Part shown: positions 48,920-62,087 of the stretch, one piece after another | How positions within the stretch are numbered: position 1 is the stretch's first letter | Layout: the number at the start of each line of letters is the position of its first letter | Source: Sphaerodactylus townsendi | Taxonomy: Eukaryota | Assembly (NCBI RefSeq): GCF_021028975.2 | Contig: NC_059436.1 | Span: forward strand, 2,852,001 to 2,916,000 | Reading direction: 5' to 3' | DNA length: 64,000 nt | Translations under genes and position numbers: made by a program | The notes under the pieces: generated by a model | Told to the model about the DNA's origin: nothing | The model's database searches: none | The model's input: only the letters and a program-made list of their open reading frames with translations

Positions 48920-49200
48920 AGCTCAACTAGACACCTCTTTTAAAACGTTTTGAGGCAGGAAATAAAATGTTTCCTCCATGGAGTTCTGCTGGTTTTACCC
49001 CAAACATTTTATTTGCGGCCTCAACACGTTTTAAATAAGTCTCCTTTTAAAAAGATTCCCTATTTGAAACATTGTGAAAAGGTCTTCTGTTGCTGGGCAA
49101 TCTATTGACGACTTTTCCCACACTTCTCCACTTTCGCTAAACTTCCTCCACATTTTCTCAGCTGACTCTCTGTTCCTCTGTGTCTGTTTATTTGCTCATT
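48920..49200. mobile_element. AT-rich non-autonomous DNA element fragment
   Basis: 'aaacgttttgaggcaggaaataaaatgtttc' is the reverse complement of sequence at ~62565-62600; same family as ~53848-54915. Confidence 0.6.
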
Positions 49201-50579
49201 TCTATTTGTTTCTTTAATTTTAGGGGGGAGGGGGAAGAATAATCTTCAAGGCACTGATTATAGGAAGAACAGAGAGTCGTGACAAGGAGCTATCAGGCAC
49301 TGAAGAATTGATTCAACACAGAACTCAAAACAATGAATGATGCTAACTATGGTATTAATAAGTTTTAAATTTCTGTCTAGGCAGCATGGTAGGGGTGATT
49401 CATGTGGATTAAACTATAAGCGGGGTCATATCTTGATTTGGTTATAGGTTTTATTTATGAATTGTCTTTGCCCACAGGGTACTCACCAGGAATATCAGAA
49501 ATGCCCTGGAGAAGTTTCTCTGGCTTGCTGTCAAAGTTCCTGAGCTGGCCATCTGATTCAGAATTAGGGTTCCCAACCTCCAGGTGGGACCTTGAGATCA
49601 CCTGGAATTACAACTGATCTCCAGACAGGAGACCCGTCCCCCTGGAGAAAATGTGTTTCCGCACTCCTACATTCCTGCTGAGTGACCTTGGGCTAGTCAC
49701 AGTTCTTCGGAGCTCTCTCAGCCCCACCTACCTCACAAGGTGTCTGTTTGGGGGAAAGAAAGGGAAAGAAGTTTGTAAGCCACCTTGAGAGAAAGGTGAG
49801 GTATAAATCCAAACTTTTATTTTTCTTCTACTTTTTTCACATTTCAGTTTAATTGAAATCTGAGAGGACAACAGAGTGAAATTTCACTAGTCTTGCCAAG
49901 ATCATTTGGACTTCACTGGAAGCTTATGTTTTACTTGAAGTGAAATGACTGAAAGGGCTTCATATTTCACATTTGGAATTGGAGGTTTGTCTAATCTACA
50001 GTGATCAATACAAAAATGGTTAAAAAAGAAACATGATGTCAGAATGTTCTGAGTGTATTACTAGGATATATAGATAGAAAATGTCATAGCACATAGAAGT
50101 ATGCTTAGTCTGTAAGATTTCCTATGAACATCACCAGCTATGATTTCCATCTGTGGCATCCTATTAATCATGGGCAGGTCCTTTCAGAATGATTTTAGAA
50201 CCAGTATTCTAGTACAGAGGGTTATTTTATTGTACCTCCTTTGTCGTTGTTTGAAAAACAAATTAATCTGTTCTAAAACTTCAGGGAAAGTGGGGACTCT
50301 TTAAAACAAGTGGGGGTTTAAAAATCCATCAAAGGTAAACGAAAGACAAATGAAAGAAAAAATAAGAAGTGAGAAAGGGATTAAGAAAGCAAGAGGATAC
50401 AATCACTAGCCTGGGATGATTTGTTCCACATGTTTCTTTATAGGTTTCTCTATAGGTTGGGAAAGCTATATATCTCTGAATATGGTAATTGGGAGTTTTA
50501 ATATTATCAACCTATATAAGCAAGAGCCTGTGTGGTGTAATGTTTATAGTGCCAGACTAGGATCTTGGAGACTCACATT

Positions 50580-50797
50580 TGAAGAAGAAGAAGAGTTTGG
50601 ATTTATACCCCACCTTTCTCTCCTGAAGGAGGCTCAAGGTGGCTGACAAGCTCCTTTCCCTTCCTCTCCCCATAACAAACACCTTGTGAGGTAGGTAGGG
50701 CTGAGAGAGTTCCGAAGAACTGTGACTAGCCCAAGGAAATCCAGCAGGAATGTAGGAGGGCAGAAACACATCTGGTTCGCCAGATAAGCCTCTGCTG
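50580..50797 (-). mobile_element. tRNA/CORE SINE (related subfamily)
   Basis: (GAA)n plus 'gagtttggatttataccccacc...ctgtgactagcccaagg'. Relatives at ~49655-49830 (plus) and ~57860-58025 (minus). Confidence 0.85.
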
Positions 50798-51349
50798 CCT
50801 TAGTAAGGAAGTGAACTAGAATATGGCTTGTGGATGGGGCTGCCCGACTGGGAAGGGCTGCTAAGAAGAAGCTAGAAGTGTAACTATGGCTTTGAGTCTC
50901 ATACTGTGTGTTCGTATCTTCAAAGATAGCTCATTGAAAATACAAAAAACAAACTATATATTGCTGGAATCAGCAGGAACAGCTGAGTTGTTTCATGTAG
51001 TTTATTTACTGAAAAGAAGCCTGGGTGTAATGCATGAAGAGCAAATGTCTCAGGGCAAGTTAGGCAAATGGTTGGTGCAATGAAGGATTCAAGCAGCAAA
51101 AAATGACAGACACCAGCAAAAATGAAAGTGGGAGCTTTATTGGGCTGGAGAAATAAGTTGTCTCCTGAGCTCTGCACAGTAAGGAGGAGATGACTTTAAG
51201 CCAACTTCAGAGAAAAAGATCACTAGCTTAGTGATTTCAAAAAAAAACATGTTGTGCTGAAATAAAACGTCCTGAGGACGTTCCTCCCCAACATGCTTCT
51301 TTTCATGTCCTCAAGGCGTTTTATTTGTATAGTGCAGAAGGCGCCAATG

Positions 51350-52110
51350 TGTTATTGGTAATCAAGGTCAAGATAATTCATAGTATTCCCCGTTACAAAA
51401 ACTGAACAATGAAGAAAGCAGAATGAAAGTTCTTTTGAAATGGGGTGTAGGAAGAGAGTTTTATAGATCCCATGGACTGCCAAAAAGATACATGTATGTT
51501 CTAGATCAGCTCAACCCTGAAGCTATAATGACTAAACTCAGGCTATTTCACACTGGTCACATCATGAGAAGACAAGTCACTGGAGAAGATAGTAATCCTA
51601 GCAAAAGTCGAAGGCAGTAGGAAAAGAGGAAAACCCAACATGAGATAGGCCCTTTCCGCATGGGCGATTTACAGCAACCCAGGGACGGCAAAAACGCCAT
51701 CCCTGGGTGGCTGTTCGGACAGGAAGCACTGCTGTCCTGGCCGCCTGGGAGCAGCGTGAAGCTGCTCCTATTAACCTTGCAAAACTAGTAAGGTTTTTCT
51801 AAAGCACCATCTTCCCGTTGGCGCAGTGCGAACAGCACTGGCGGGAAGACGCTGTTTTCCCCTCCCCTCACTGTCCCGTCCAGCGTCGCTCTGGAGGGCT
51901 GCAGAGCCCTGCCCACGCTGCGACGCTGGATGAGATGGTGAGTGTAGGGGGGCGACGTGTGCAAAAAGGGCCACAGATTGACTCAACCAAGGAAGCCACG
52001 ATTCTCAGTTTGCCAGTAGTGAGCAAGGCTGTTAACGGGAGGACATTTTAGAGGTTATTAATTCATACGATCGCCATAAATTGGAAGTGACTTGAAGCCA
52101 CTTAACACAC
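51350..52110 (+). mobile_element. RTE-BovB LINE 3' end, decayed, split by a MITE
   Basis: Peptide remnants SFEMGCRKRVL.IPWTAKK, MTKLRLFHTGHIMRRQ, LEKIVILAKVEGSRKRGKPNMR | IDSTKEAT.LSL...SKAVNGRTF match the RTE/BovB ORF C-terminus. Tail is 'tcgccataaattggaagtgacttgaagccacttaacacac'. Confidence 0.9.
51648..51972. mobile_element. PIF/Harbinger-like MITE inside BovB
   Basis: TIRs ggccctttccgca / tgcaaaaagggcc; flanks ata/aca; CpG-rich interior. The BovB reading resumes at the junction. Confidence 0.8.
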
Positions 52111-53557
52111 ATGCATGGTGGAAGAGTAATCAAATCAGCCAATCAGGTTTGCTGTCAGTTTGACATGGTAGGGAGAAAATAATTGTTGTGGACAAGAATA
52201 AGTCACACAGTGGAGGTTCAGAAGAATGATATAATCAAGCCCCACCCAGGGTTTAAGATGGTGGGGTTCTGATATTCTAGGCCCCCTCCTTAGTGCAACC
52301 ATCCCTGACCACTGGCTTGGTTCCTAACATTAAGAATTTCATACAGGTGGGAAACAAATACAGGATGTGAAGGAATGGGCTAGAATATTTCTCCCTGATG
52401 GGTTATTTTTTTTAATTTGCAGAGCGATTTTACATGGAGAACTATTCAGAATGTGGCCCTCTCCCTTCCACAGACTAATGCAGTACGGTTTACTGCTCTG
52501 GAATTCTATCACCTCATTTTGCTACATGTGTAGAGCAAAACTTCAAAAAGAAGGGCAAGAGCAGGCCAGGGAATCAAATGTGTTAGATCTGGAGATGGCA
52601 ACAAGAAAGCAGAAACCGAAAGTGGGGAAAATATGCAACAGGCAGCCCAAGCAGTAGCAAGAGCGGTTGCTAATCCCACTTATGAGCTTAACATCAAGAG
52701 TGGTTCTACATCAATCAAGCTACAGGTCCAATCTTGGACCAAACAAGAAGACACTGAACCCTGGATCCTGCAAACCCATGAGAGAACTGTTTGAACCCTT
52801 ACTCTTGACACCATAAGCCTATTCAGATATATTCTACCCGGGAACACCTTTTCAGCAGAAAAGGTTATATTGGAATTCAAATTCAACATCCATGATTTTT
52901 TAGGAAAGAAATATGAGCAAGTTAATCCAGAACTTGGAAGATATTAGTCTTATCTTCCTTTAAAAAAAACACACACACAACCATTTGGTGTTTATTAAAC
53001 AGAAACAACTAGCATCGTTTGCGCAGGATACAGCTGAAGTCCTGTCAATTCCCTGGAAACCAACAGGGAATTATTTTAAACCAACAGTAAAGTACCTGGA
53101 CCACCTTTCTCCCTTTAACTCATGTACAAGCTGTGGTCCTAATAACCAACTCTTCCGGCGGTGCTCTTCATGTTTCTGGTACATACTTTAGTACGCCTTT
53201 GGTATTAGTCCTGTGGAATAAACTTGTGGAAATCCAGAGGGCACCCTATAGGGATCAATTCACACAGTACAAAGTCCTTGGGTTCATGAGTTCTTTGGAT
53301 CACATGTGCACTGTGGGTGTTGTGCTTTGCAGGCATGTGCAAAATGGTTTTAGGTAGAGATCATAGCATGTGTGGAGAAGGGGCTTCATCTCCCCCCGCC
53401 CGCCCCCAACTGTGCCATCTTTTTGAATAGAAACAGCACCAGGGAGTTGCCATTTACCTAGCTATACATGTTGTAGCTAAAATCCTTAAGGTGGTAAAGA
53501 AGACATTTTAATGTACAAATCATCTCAGCCTTTTAGAGGGCCCATGTTATCATTACT

Positions 53558-53745
53558 GGTGGAAAACACCATCAAGTCACAGCCATATTACTGTGTTCCT
53601 GCAGGCTTGTCAGGCAAAAGAAAAAACACAGGTGGTTTGTCATTGCCTGTTTCTTTGTAGTGACCCTGGCCTTCCTTGGTGGTCTCCCATTAAAATGTAA
53701 CCAGAGAACAACCTTGCTTAAGTTTCCAGATCTGATAATACCAAG
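53558..53745 (-). mobile_element. 5S/Sauria-type SINE, reverse
   Basis: 'ggtggaaaacaccatcaagtcacagc...ggtggtttgtcattgcc...ccttggtggtctcccat...ccttgcttaagtttccagatctga' is the reverse of the 13598 family. Confidence 0.7.
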
Positions 53746-53847
53746 GTTGAGAAAAGCCAGAATGGTATTCCTGCAGTGTAGAAGAAAAGTTAAGGAACAG
53801 AGTAGGTGTGCTTTCTTGTTCCAAATGTTTCCAGAGTGTTTCCATTA

Positions 53848-54915
53848 GAGGCGTTCCACGGCCTTTTCCGCCCAACCCTTATGAAACGTTTTAGAGGAGT
53901 TTGCATTGTTTTCACCCCCTTTGATTCCCAAGACATTTTATTTGCAGCCTCAAAACATTTTCAGTGAATCCCCCTTTAAAATGATTCTTTAGGCTGAAAT
54001 GTTTTCAAAACAGCTTCACTTGTTGACCGAGCTCTTCGAGACGTTTTCTACACCTCTCTGCCATCCCTGAACTCCCGCCTTGGAACCATTTTCTGAGCTA
54101 ACTCTCCGTTCCGCTTCACCTGTTTATTAGATCATATCTGTGAGGGTTTAAAAAATTTTTTTGAGGTGGATAATCTTTTATGCATGGAGTATATAAGGCA
54201 CAGAGAATTGCAGTATGAGGCTGTGAAGCAACGAAGCATCGATTCAACAATGAACTATAAACGTTCATTGCAAACTCAACAATGAACTGGCAGCCTGGGG
54301 CCCTCATATCTTAGGGACCGCCTTTCTCCCTATGCCCCTGTTCGGCCTCTGCACTCTGCAGAGGCTAATTTACTGGTAGTCCCTGGCCCCTCTGTAGTGT
54401 GGCTGGCCTTGACTCGGGCCAGGGCTTTCACAGCCCTGGCCCCTACTTGGTGGAATGCTTTGCCCCCAGCCATCAGGGTCCTGCAGGACCTGGGACAGTT
54501 CCGCAGAGCCTGCAAAACCGAGCTTTTCCACCGGGGTTTTGAGTAGGCCAGCCACTGCTAAGCTATCCTTTATGTTATAACACCTGATTGATACCAACAA
54601 TGCCTCATCTTCCTCTTAGGAGGGTAGAGTTGAAGTTCCATGGTTCACCATCTATGTGTCTTGTAATTTTGTATGGATTGGTTTGTTTTAAATCTATCAT
54701 TTATTAGGATTTTATATGTTTTATCTTTGGTTGTACACCACCCAGAGCCTTCGTGGGTGGGCGGTATAGCAAAACTAATAATAGATAAATAAATAAACTC
54801 AAAAAGAGAGGGGGAAATCATGTAATGGTGGCAATAGGGTGTGTGTGGACATACATGGTAAAGGGTTGGACTGAAAACGTTTTAGAAACTTTTTGATGAT
54901 TTATGCAGAAAGGAC
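53848..54915. mobile_element. Non-autonomous DNA element with nested L2
   Basis: The left part (~53880-54020) and right end (~54880-54915) are reverse-complement homologues of the two ends of the uninterrupted copy at ~62088-62620. Confidence 0.6.
54295..54797 (+). mobile_element. L2 LINE 3' end, relatively young
   Basis: Open frame GPSYLRDRLSPYAPVRPLHSAEANLLVVPGPSVVWLALTRARAFTALAPTWWNALPPAIRVLQDLGQFRRACKTELFHRGFE*, then 3' UTR, stem-loop 'ccacccagagccttcgtgggtgggcgg' and (AAAT)n. Confidence 0.9.
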
Positions 54916-54919
54916 CAAC

Positions 54920-55070
54920 ATATTGTGAAAGACTTTCATGGCTGGAATCAGCTAACTGTTGTGCATTTTCTGGGCAGCGTGGCCATGGTCTGGTCGTTTT
55001 GGCACCTAACTTTTCACCTGCATCTACAGCTAGCACCTTCAGAGGCATCTCACGGTAAGATGGAAAAACA
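54920..55070 (-). mobile_element. Penelope-like element terminal fragment
   Basis: Reverse reads 'ctctgaaggtgctagctgtagatgcaggtgaaaagttagg...accagaccatggccacgctgcccagaaaa', matching the recalled PLE 'ctgaagatgcc...gaaacgt' terminal motif. Confidence 0.65.
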
Positions 55071-55849
55071 CTCAATACTTAGAATATAATGAAAAATGTG
55101 CTAAGCTTCTTTTTTTTTTACCAAACAATTTATTTTATAAAAAATAGCTAGATGTCAGTAAATCTTTTGGGAGGAGACACTGAGATGGGATAAATTTATG
55201 GGAAGTTAATCTTAATTCAACACATCCATATAAATACTGTATTATTATTTCCTCCTCATTTCTTTACATTTCCAATTTAAAAAGTTACTAGACTTTAAAA
55301 AGTTTTTTATACATAGGGATTTCTCAGACTGATCAATTACATCCATGATTTCACCAGTGGGCAGTGGAATTTTTTTATAGCTGTTTNNNNNNNNNNNNNN
55401 NNNNNNNNNNNNNNNNNNNNNNNNNNNNNNNNNNNNNNNNNNNNNNNNNNNNNNNNNNNNNNNNNNNNNNNNNNNNNNNNNNNNNNNNNNNNNNNNNNNN
55501 NNNNNNNNNNNNNNNNNNNNNNNNNNNNNNNNATCATTACTATTATTACTATTATTTTTATTTTTATTATCTCAAACTGTTTCATTTTGCAAGTGATTGG
55601 AGCAAGCCACCTTGAGCAAGGTAGTGTATATAATTTCAAATAATGCATACAATATGCACATAGGGGGGGTACCAGCATTTTTGCCCTCAAAATGCTTTTT
55701 AGAGGCCATTTTTATCTCTAAGAGGTGTTTACCTTTCTGCCCCAAACAAAAGGCTTTTAAAATGTGGCTTCGGGGGAGGGTTCCCTTCTTGCCTCCTGCC
55801 CACCCATGCTGCACTTTAAATTGGCACCCCATTGCTTTATAGAACTGCA

Positions 55850-57170
55850 TTGGCAGACCCAGTTTTATACATACGGCTGCCACTGTCACATCCCGTGCGG
55901 CTCCAACCTAATGTTTTCTGTATGTGCTCCTCCATGGGAATAATTTCCAAAGTACTTCCAGTGTAATGTTGGAAGAAGCCCAATATCAATATTCATTTTT
56001 AGCCAGTTCTCTGACCCACAGTATTTTTTTCTCTCACTCTCTATCACTCCCCCCCTCCCCTCCCCGCTTCGCTTTCTCTGGCTACAAATTCCATTCTCCC
56101 ACCCCCACCCCCGCCCCCAAGTCAAAGTCCAAGAGGAAATTTCAATCCCACAAAGTCCAAGTGATTTTCCAATGTGCCGAAGCACATTCTCTTGTTCCTG
56201 GCTTGCATAGCAATGATGTAACATCTCAATGTATCAAAAGGAAATGCACCTCCTTGTAAGCTTTTATGGCCCAGCTGTGTTGCACATTCTCCAGTTATTT
56301 ATTTATTTTTGCTTTTTTTAAAAAAAAGGGGGGGGAATAATCAAGAAAGAGGAGCATTGCAGGGATTTCGCCCATAGCTTGGGTCTGAGCTCCTCCATTT
56401 GCCCCAGTGCCCAGTTCTTTCCCACCTCCAGCCCAGGAGCAAAATTAAAATAAACAGCTATTTGAACACAGCAAATGAGAGTCCACCTGTCATGGTGAAA
56501 TCAAAAGACACAGGCAGGGTGGAAACTGCAAACAGAACTGGAACCAGGGTGGGGCCACCAGATGTACCATACAAACTGGAAATTTTGTTTCCTGAGATCT
56601 TTTAAAATACTTTCATTCAAGACTTTTGAAATAGATCTTTTAAGAATAAGACAATTTCTGATTAGAGGATAGCAACATTTCCGGGTGCAGAAAAAGTACA
56701 CCCTGACAGTTGCAGTGTTCTGAACTTCTGAACTGGCCCACTGTGTTTACCCTCCCAAGATTTCCCCTGCAAAACTTCAGACTGCAGGTGGCGAAGTCCT
56801 GCATGGAACATTTTATTGCATTCAGAAAAAAGTCATCCCCACAAAGAGAAAATTAGCACAAGAGGGAGAAGTGTTCTATTTTCCTCCCCTTCATTTGCTG
56901 TGCTGGTTTTCTACTGGCAGGGAAATTTTTTTAAAAAAAATACAACACAGAATAACATTTCATAATGCTATTCTCCATTGCAGTTAAGAGCAGAACCTTG
57001 TCAACTTAGCATCGCTCCGCCTCAATCTCTTGCATGAGTGAGCCAGGAACATACCCAGTCCCAACAAGCAGTCAACTGCACCAGGAATCAGATTTTTTTT
57101 TAAAAAAAATCATATTTGCCCCATGATTCTAGTAAGTCCACCCCAGAGGCAGCCGCATTTCAGTTTGACT
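55850..57170. promoter_or_regulatory. Repeat-poor island, possible regulatory DNA
   Basis: No recognisable TE over ~1.3 kb. Support is weak without alignment. Confidence 0.2.
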
Positions 57171-59094
57171 TAGAGACACTGGCCGATCCCACACAACAAA
57201 AATAAAATGTCTTGCTGAGGTTTACAAAACGTTTTGGATTTTTTTGTCCACATAGCACAGACAAATAAAGTGTTTCACCTAAAAACGGTTCTTTTACCTC
57301 CCCCTCTTAGAGTTCTTAGCAGCTTGCACCTGCCATTTCCTGTCACTTCAGGATTCTCTGTGCCACCTGCCATTTGCAGAATGGTCCCATGGAGGTTTCC
57401 TCCGCGTGCAGTTCATCAGCCCGCAATTTCTGTCTAAAAGGTACATGAATAAAATTAATTTTCACTGATGTTGAGCTAGAACAATAGTTTGATAGCTATT
57501 TTTTTAAAGCCTTAAGCGAACTATGTTAAAATGATTTAAATGCACAGATCAAAATCAGATGTAAGCTGGTGTCTTAACTGGATACAAGCCAGCATCATTC
57601 AGCAGAGGTTCACTGAAACAAGTTCAGTCAATAAGCAGAATCTGTCCATCACGAAGACTTTTTTTTTGCTTTTCCCCCTTGCTTTTTATTTGAGTGATGC
57701 TAATGCCTTCCACAGCCAAATCAGAAAGATGCAGAGATATGCTCTGTCTCAAAGTCCATGGATCAGATTAAAGGTCCTTCCAGATGAGTAAATCCCCCCC
57801 CCCGGGTTTTTTACCAATGTTGTCCTGGTTTACTTGGCTCGTACAGAAAAGGCCTGAGCGAGTTCTGAAGAATTGTGACTTGCCCAACGTCACCCAGCTG
57901 GAGTGTAGGAGTGCGGAAACAATCTGGTTCATCGGATAAGACTGCTGCTCATGTGGAAGAGCACGGAATCAAACCTGGTTTTCTAGATTAGAGTCCACTT
58001 GCTCTTAACCACTACACCATGCTGACTCTCATTCTGGATTTGGAAATTCCTGGCAATTTGAGGGGAGGGGTGAACCTTGAGAAGGGTAGAATTTTAGGAG
58101 AAATCTCAGTGAGGTACAACAACATACAGTCCACCCTTCAAAGCAGCCATTTTCTCCAGAGGAACTGATCTCTGTCATCTGGAGATCAATTCTAATTCCA
58201 AGAGATCTCTAGGCCCCACCTGGGAGTTGGCAACCCTACTGATATACAAATGCATTATCTGTTGGCTTTCAATTTATAAAGGGATTCCAATGAGGATGGC
58301 CTGGTCTAGATCCCAAGAAAACCCAATACCCCTTTGAATAGTTGTGCAACTTTCCTCAGCTCCTCAGAGTATGTGCTGCTGTGACAAAACTGAATGATCC
58401 AAGGAATCTCTCAGTATTAGCTTCAACGCAATGGCAAAAAGACAAGATAAATTCTCTTATCTAAAGAAACCACATAATTTATGCACAACCCATAAGGCTC
58501 ACGGGCATCCTCACCCTCTACTCTCTAGAGTGAAGGCTTTATTCAGGCATAATGCAAAATCGTGGTTAGTGCAATCATTTGAATGCAAGCCACTCTACTA
58601 GTTCTGGTCACTTAGGGTCTGTCAGCCCAGGATCTGAAACCATGGTTTGAAGTCAGTTCACTAATCATAATTAGCTATAGTTTTGCATAATGGACAAATG
58701 CAGATATCCTAGCTTAATGCTGGTTTACTCTTCAAAACTGCCCTCATGTGTGCCCTGCTACAGAGATGCCTGGCCACAACAAAGGCGATAACACCCGTAT
58801 TTAGATACGCAAACAGAATCCGTGAGGTCTGCAAGACACATTGTGGTTTCACACTTGAACCGCTGTTAAAATGCATTGTGGCTAAAATATTCCAGGCATT
58901 ACAAGTCAGTCAGTTTTCAAGACAACGGTCTGTTAACTGAAGCAATCCCTACTACTGTCATCTCAAATATTAAGAATGTAATGGATTACCTGTATTTTTT
59001 TTTTAACAGATAGATTGCGATTTTAATAGATAGATCTATTTGAGTTCCAGTCTATTGGCTCAGCCATTACATTGCTGAACAAATTGTTTTATGT

Positions 59095-59530
59095 TTCAGT
59101 GCTTCATTTTATTTTTTTAAAGCACCTGCACATACTTCACCAAGATGGTTTCCAGACAGTTTACATAAAATATCTAAATTAACATAAGAGCACTCCATGT
59201 GTCAACAAAACACCGCAGTGAAGAGAGGGAATTTTCATTTCATGCCTAAAGGCAGCAAGGCTAGATAACAGGCAAATGGCTTCAGGAAGTGAGTTCCGAA
59301 AACTAGCTGGTACTGCAGCCATTCCCATGGTGAACACCACCTTACCAGTGAGAGTGGGCACACAGACTCCATGTTTATGTGGCCTAACAAAACCGAGTGA
59401 GAAGGAAGCTAGTTTATTCTTGGACTCCTGTGCTTCTATCCCATGCATGGAGATCAGGTTGGGGGTTTGGTGAAGTCTTTGTTCTAACTGCAAATTGCTG
59501 AGATGAATTCAATTGGGGGAGCCTGGATTT
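59095..59530 (-). mobile_element. Old L2 3' fragment
   Basis: Minus-strand peptide AAVPASFRNSLPEAICLLSSLAAFRHEMK resembles L2 'WNSLP..IR...SL..FK'. Confidence 0.55.
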
Positions 59531-60280
59531 TGAAGCAGTCACTGGCAAAATAAGAATCTTGGAATACCTATGAGTAAGGGATATGTGTAAGAGGATACAG
59601 GGTAAGGGGAAGTAGGGTTTCTGAGGAAGAAATCCAAGCACACACATAGGTATATGTGTGCACTTTTAAATACCCCCCTCCTGAATCTAATCTCCTGAAT
59701 CTAAATACCCCCCTCCTGAATCTAATCTATAGAACGGAGGAACAATGTTTTCATGCTGCCAATGAACAGAAGCAGAGAACACAGAGTTGCCTGCTCTGGG
59801 AAATATCTGGAGATTCCAGGAAATTGTTGTACTGTTGTCTATGCCAATAAAGGCTTGCTTGCTTGAGTTTCCAGGAGTGGAGATTGGGGATCATGGTGTT
59901 AGGGAAGGGAGGGACCTCAGTGGGAAATTAATGGAACCATTTTCTCCAGGGAAAATGATTTATGTAACCCAGAGACCAGTTGTAATCCTGGAAGCTCTTC
60001 AATCACCACCTGGAGACCAGCAAGCCTTGGAGAACATCATGCAGACTGGAACCACAGCAGGCCTGGTATGAAGGCCCAAAATGAGGGAGGGAACAGGACA
60101 TGAAGAACAAGCTTGTAAAAGATATGTCAAGTAACAGGATGTGTATTCTGAGCTACAGGAGTGTGCCTGCTGCCTGGATCTCCTTGCCACTGCCACACAG
60201 AGGAAATTCTGTGGTGTCAGCGATGGAACCAGGAAGGGAATGTATACATAGGTCAGGGATGTAAAATGAATTTTCTTAAA

Positions 60281-60488
60281 GGAGCAGCAGTGGCGTAGGA
60301 GGTTAAGAGCTCGTGTATCTAATCTGGAGGAACTGGGTTTGATTCCCCGCTCTGCCGCCTGAGCTGTGGAGGCTTATCTGGGGAATTCAGATTAGCCTGT
60401 GCACTCCCACGCACGCCAGCTGGGTGACCTTGGGCTAGTCACAGCTTCATGGAGCTCTCTCAGCCCCACCTACCTCTTCTTCTTCTTC
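60281..60488 (+). mobile_element. Young tRNA/CORE SINE with intact head, internal deletion and TSD
   Basis: Begins ggagcagcagtggcgtaggaggttaagagc and jumps from 'cacctacctc' straight to (TTC)n. ttcttaaa at 60273-60280 and 60489-60496. Confidence 0.88.
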
Positions 60489-60746
60489 TTCTTAAAACAC
60501 ACACACACAATAACCTCTGCCCTTCTTTGCCACCATTAATGATTTCCAGCCCTGCAGGCCTGTATTAGAAACATTCCCTAGCAATATTTTGATGTAACAA
60601 CTGATTTTCTCCTTCAACTTATGATGCATTAAATGATGAACCAATAAGGCTGCTAATTCACTTGAACACTCTCCTTTCCCCCTTTCTTTTATTAGTATGG
60701 AAACTTGCTTTGAGCATGCTGGTTGATGGGGATGGGGCAACACTGG

Positions 60747-60748
<2 letters not shown>

Positions 60749-60828
<80 letters not shown>
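60749..60828 (+). repeat. (GT)40 microsatellite
   Basis: Perfect dinucleotide run. Confidence 0.98.
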
Positions 60829-60829
<1 letters not shown>

Positions 60830-61029
60830 TCAGATTATATCTTCTTGCACTCTTGTATGTTCTTGTCCTTCCACTGCCCTGTTTTTCTCTCAGGAGCTTG
60901 GCACCAATAACAAATTGCAACCTTCACAGGGGCTCCCAAAGAGCACCCCCAGAGAAGATGGTTTCAACCCCTGCCCCTCCCTGCATTTGTGATCTTCCAA
61001 CGCCTAAGGGATGAGAAAAAACCATTCCT

Positions 61030-61620
61030 GGCTCGCCACAGAACACACAAATGAAACACAAGCTACTTTTCCACCTCACTGGTATTTCATAAATACCATT
61101 TGTTGTTGTGTGGTTAAATTAAAAACTCAAGCTATCAAACATCAAACAGTATGTTAATGTCAAGTATGCTTGAATAAATACTAAAGAGTTCAGCTGACTG
61201 AAGTGTGTGGATGACTTGCTAATTATCAAGAGGCAGGTGTAGGAAAAAAACCCTTAATTTAAGCAATTTTTATAATTAATAATGTTTACTTGTAGTATCC
61301 CTTATAAGCAAGAGGCTCGCGGGTTTTAACCTCCTGTGAATTGTTCACTGTAATCCGGCATTTAAAAAAAATATATTTCTCAGAGGAAATCCTACAGGGG
61401 CGTTTTTTTAAAAAGAAGATCAGTTTTCAGAACAAAATAATCTGCTGGATGCTTCTTCAGAGGATTTTGTATTACTCAGATCAATCACCAATTTAGTATT
61501 TCAACAAATTTTAAAAAACAACCAAGCTACAGCCAGCATTCGGGTAATATCGGAGAAGCGTCACAAAGGCTTTCATTGCAACAGCTTCAGAGTTTCAATA
61601 ATTCCAGATTTATTTAAACT
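61030..61620. promoter_or_regulatory. AT-rich repeat-free candidate conserved element
   Basis: Multiple TAATT/TAATTA cores and forkhead tgtttac (~61283); no TE recognised. Confidence 0.25.
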
Positions 61621-62087
61621 TCTCTACAGATCTTGGATTGTTCATGCTAGCATGAATGGTCTCATAGCCTGCTAACAGTGCAATCCTAGATACTTACTCC
61701 AATTTAAGCACACTGGTTCCACTGAGCTTTGGAAGGAATAACTCAACCTAACATTGCACTGAAATACTTACTACCACTCTACTTCCTGTCTGCCACCATC
61801 ACTCTTTTCCCTGCCCTTGAGGAGACATGCCTTTTTCTTTACAACATTCTGAGGGAAATGGCTAGAGACTAAAAAAAAATAGAAATTCAAAGAACCTGAT
61901 AAACCTATCTGTGTGATGCTATCACAATATATATTGATATTTTAATGTCCTAAAAAAAATGAAGACAAAATCACTTGTCTTCAAAGCAAAGTGAAGAAAG
62001 AATGATTTGATAATAGCCAAGTCATTGAAAAAAATGGACTTGAATAATGGATTAGGGCAACCTTGCAGAAACCACCAGAATCATCAG

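Noticed and set aside
60281-60350. tRNA gene
   Set aside because: A/B-box-like head of a multi-copy SINE with no complete cloverleaf.
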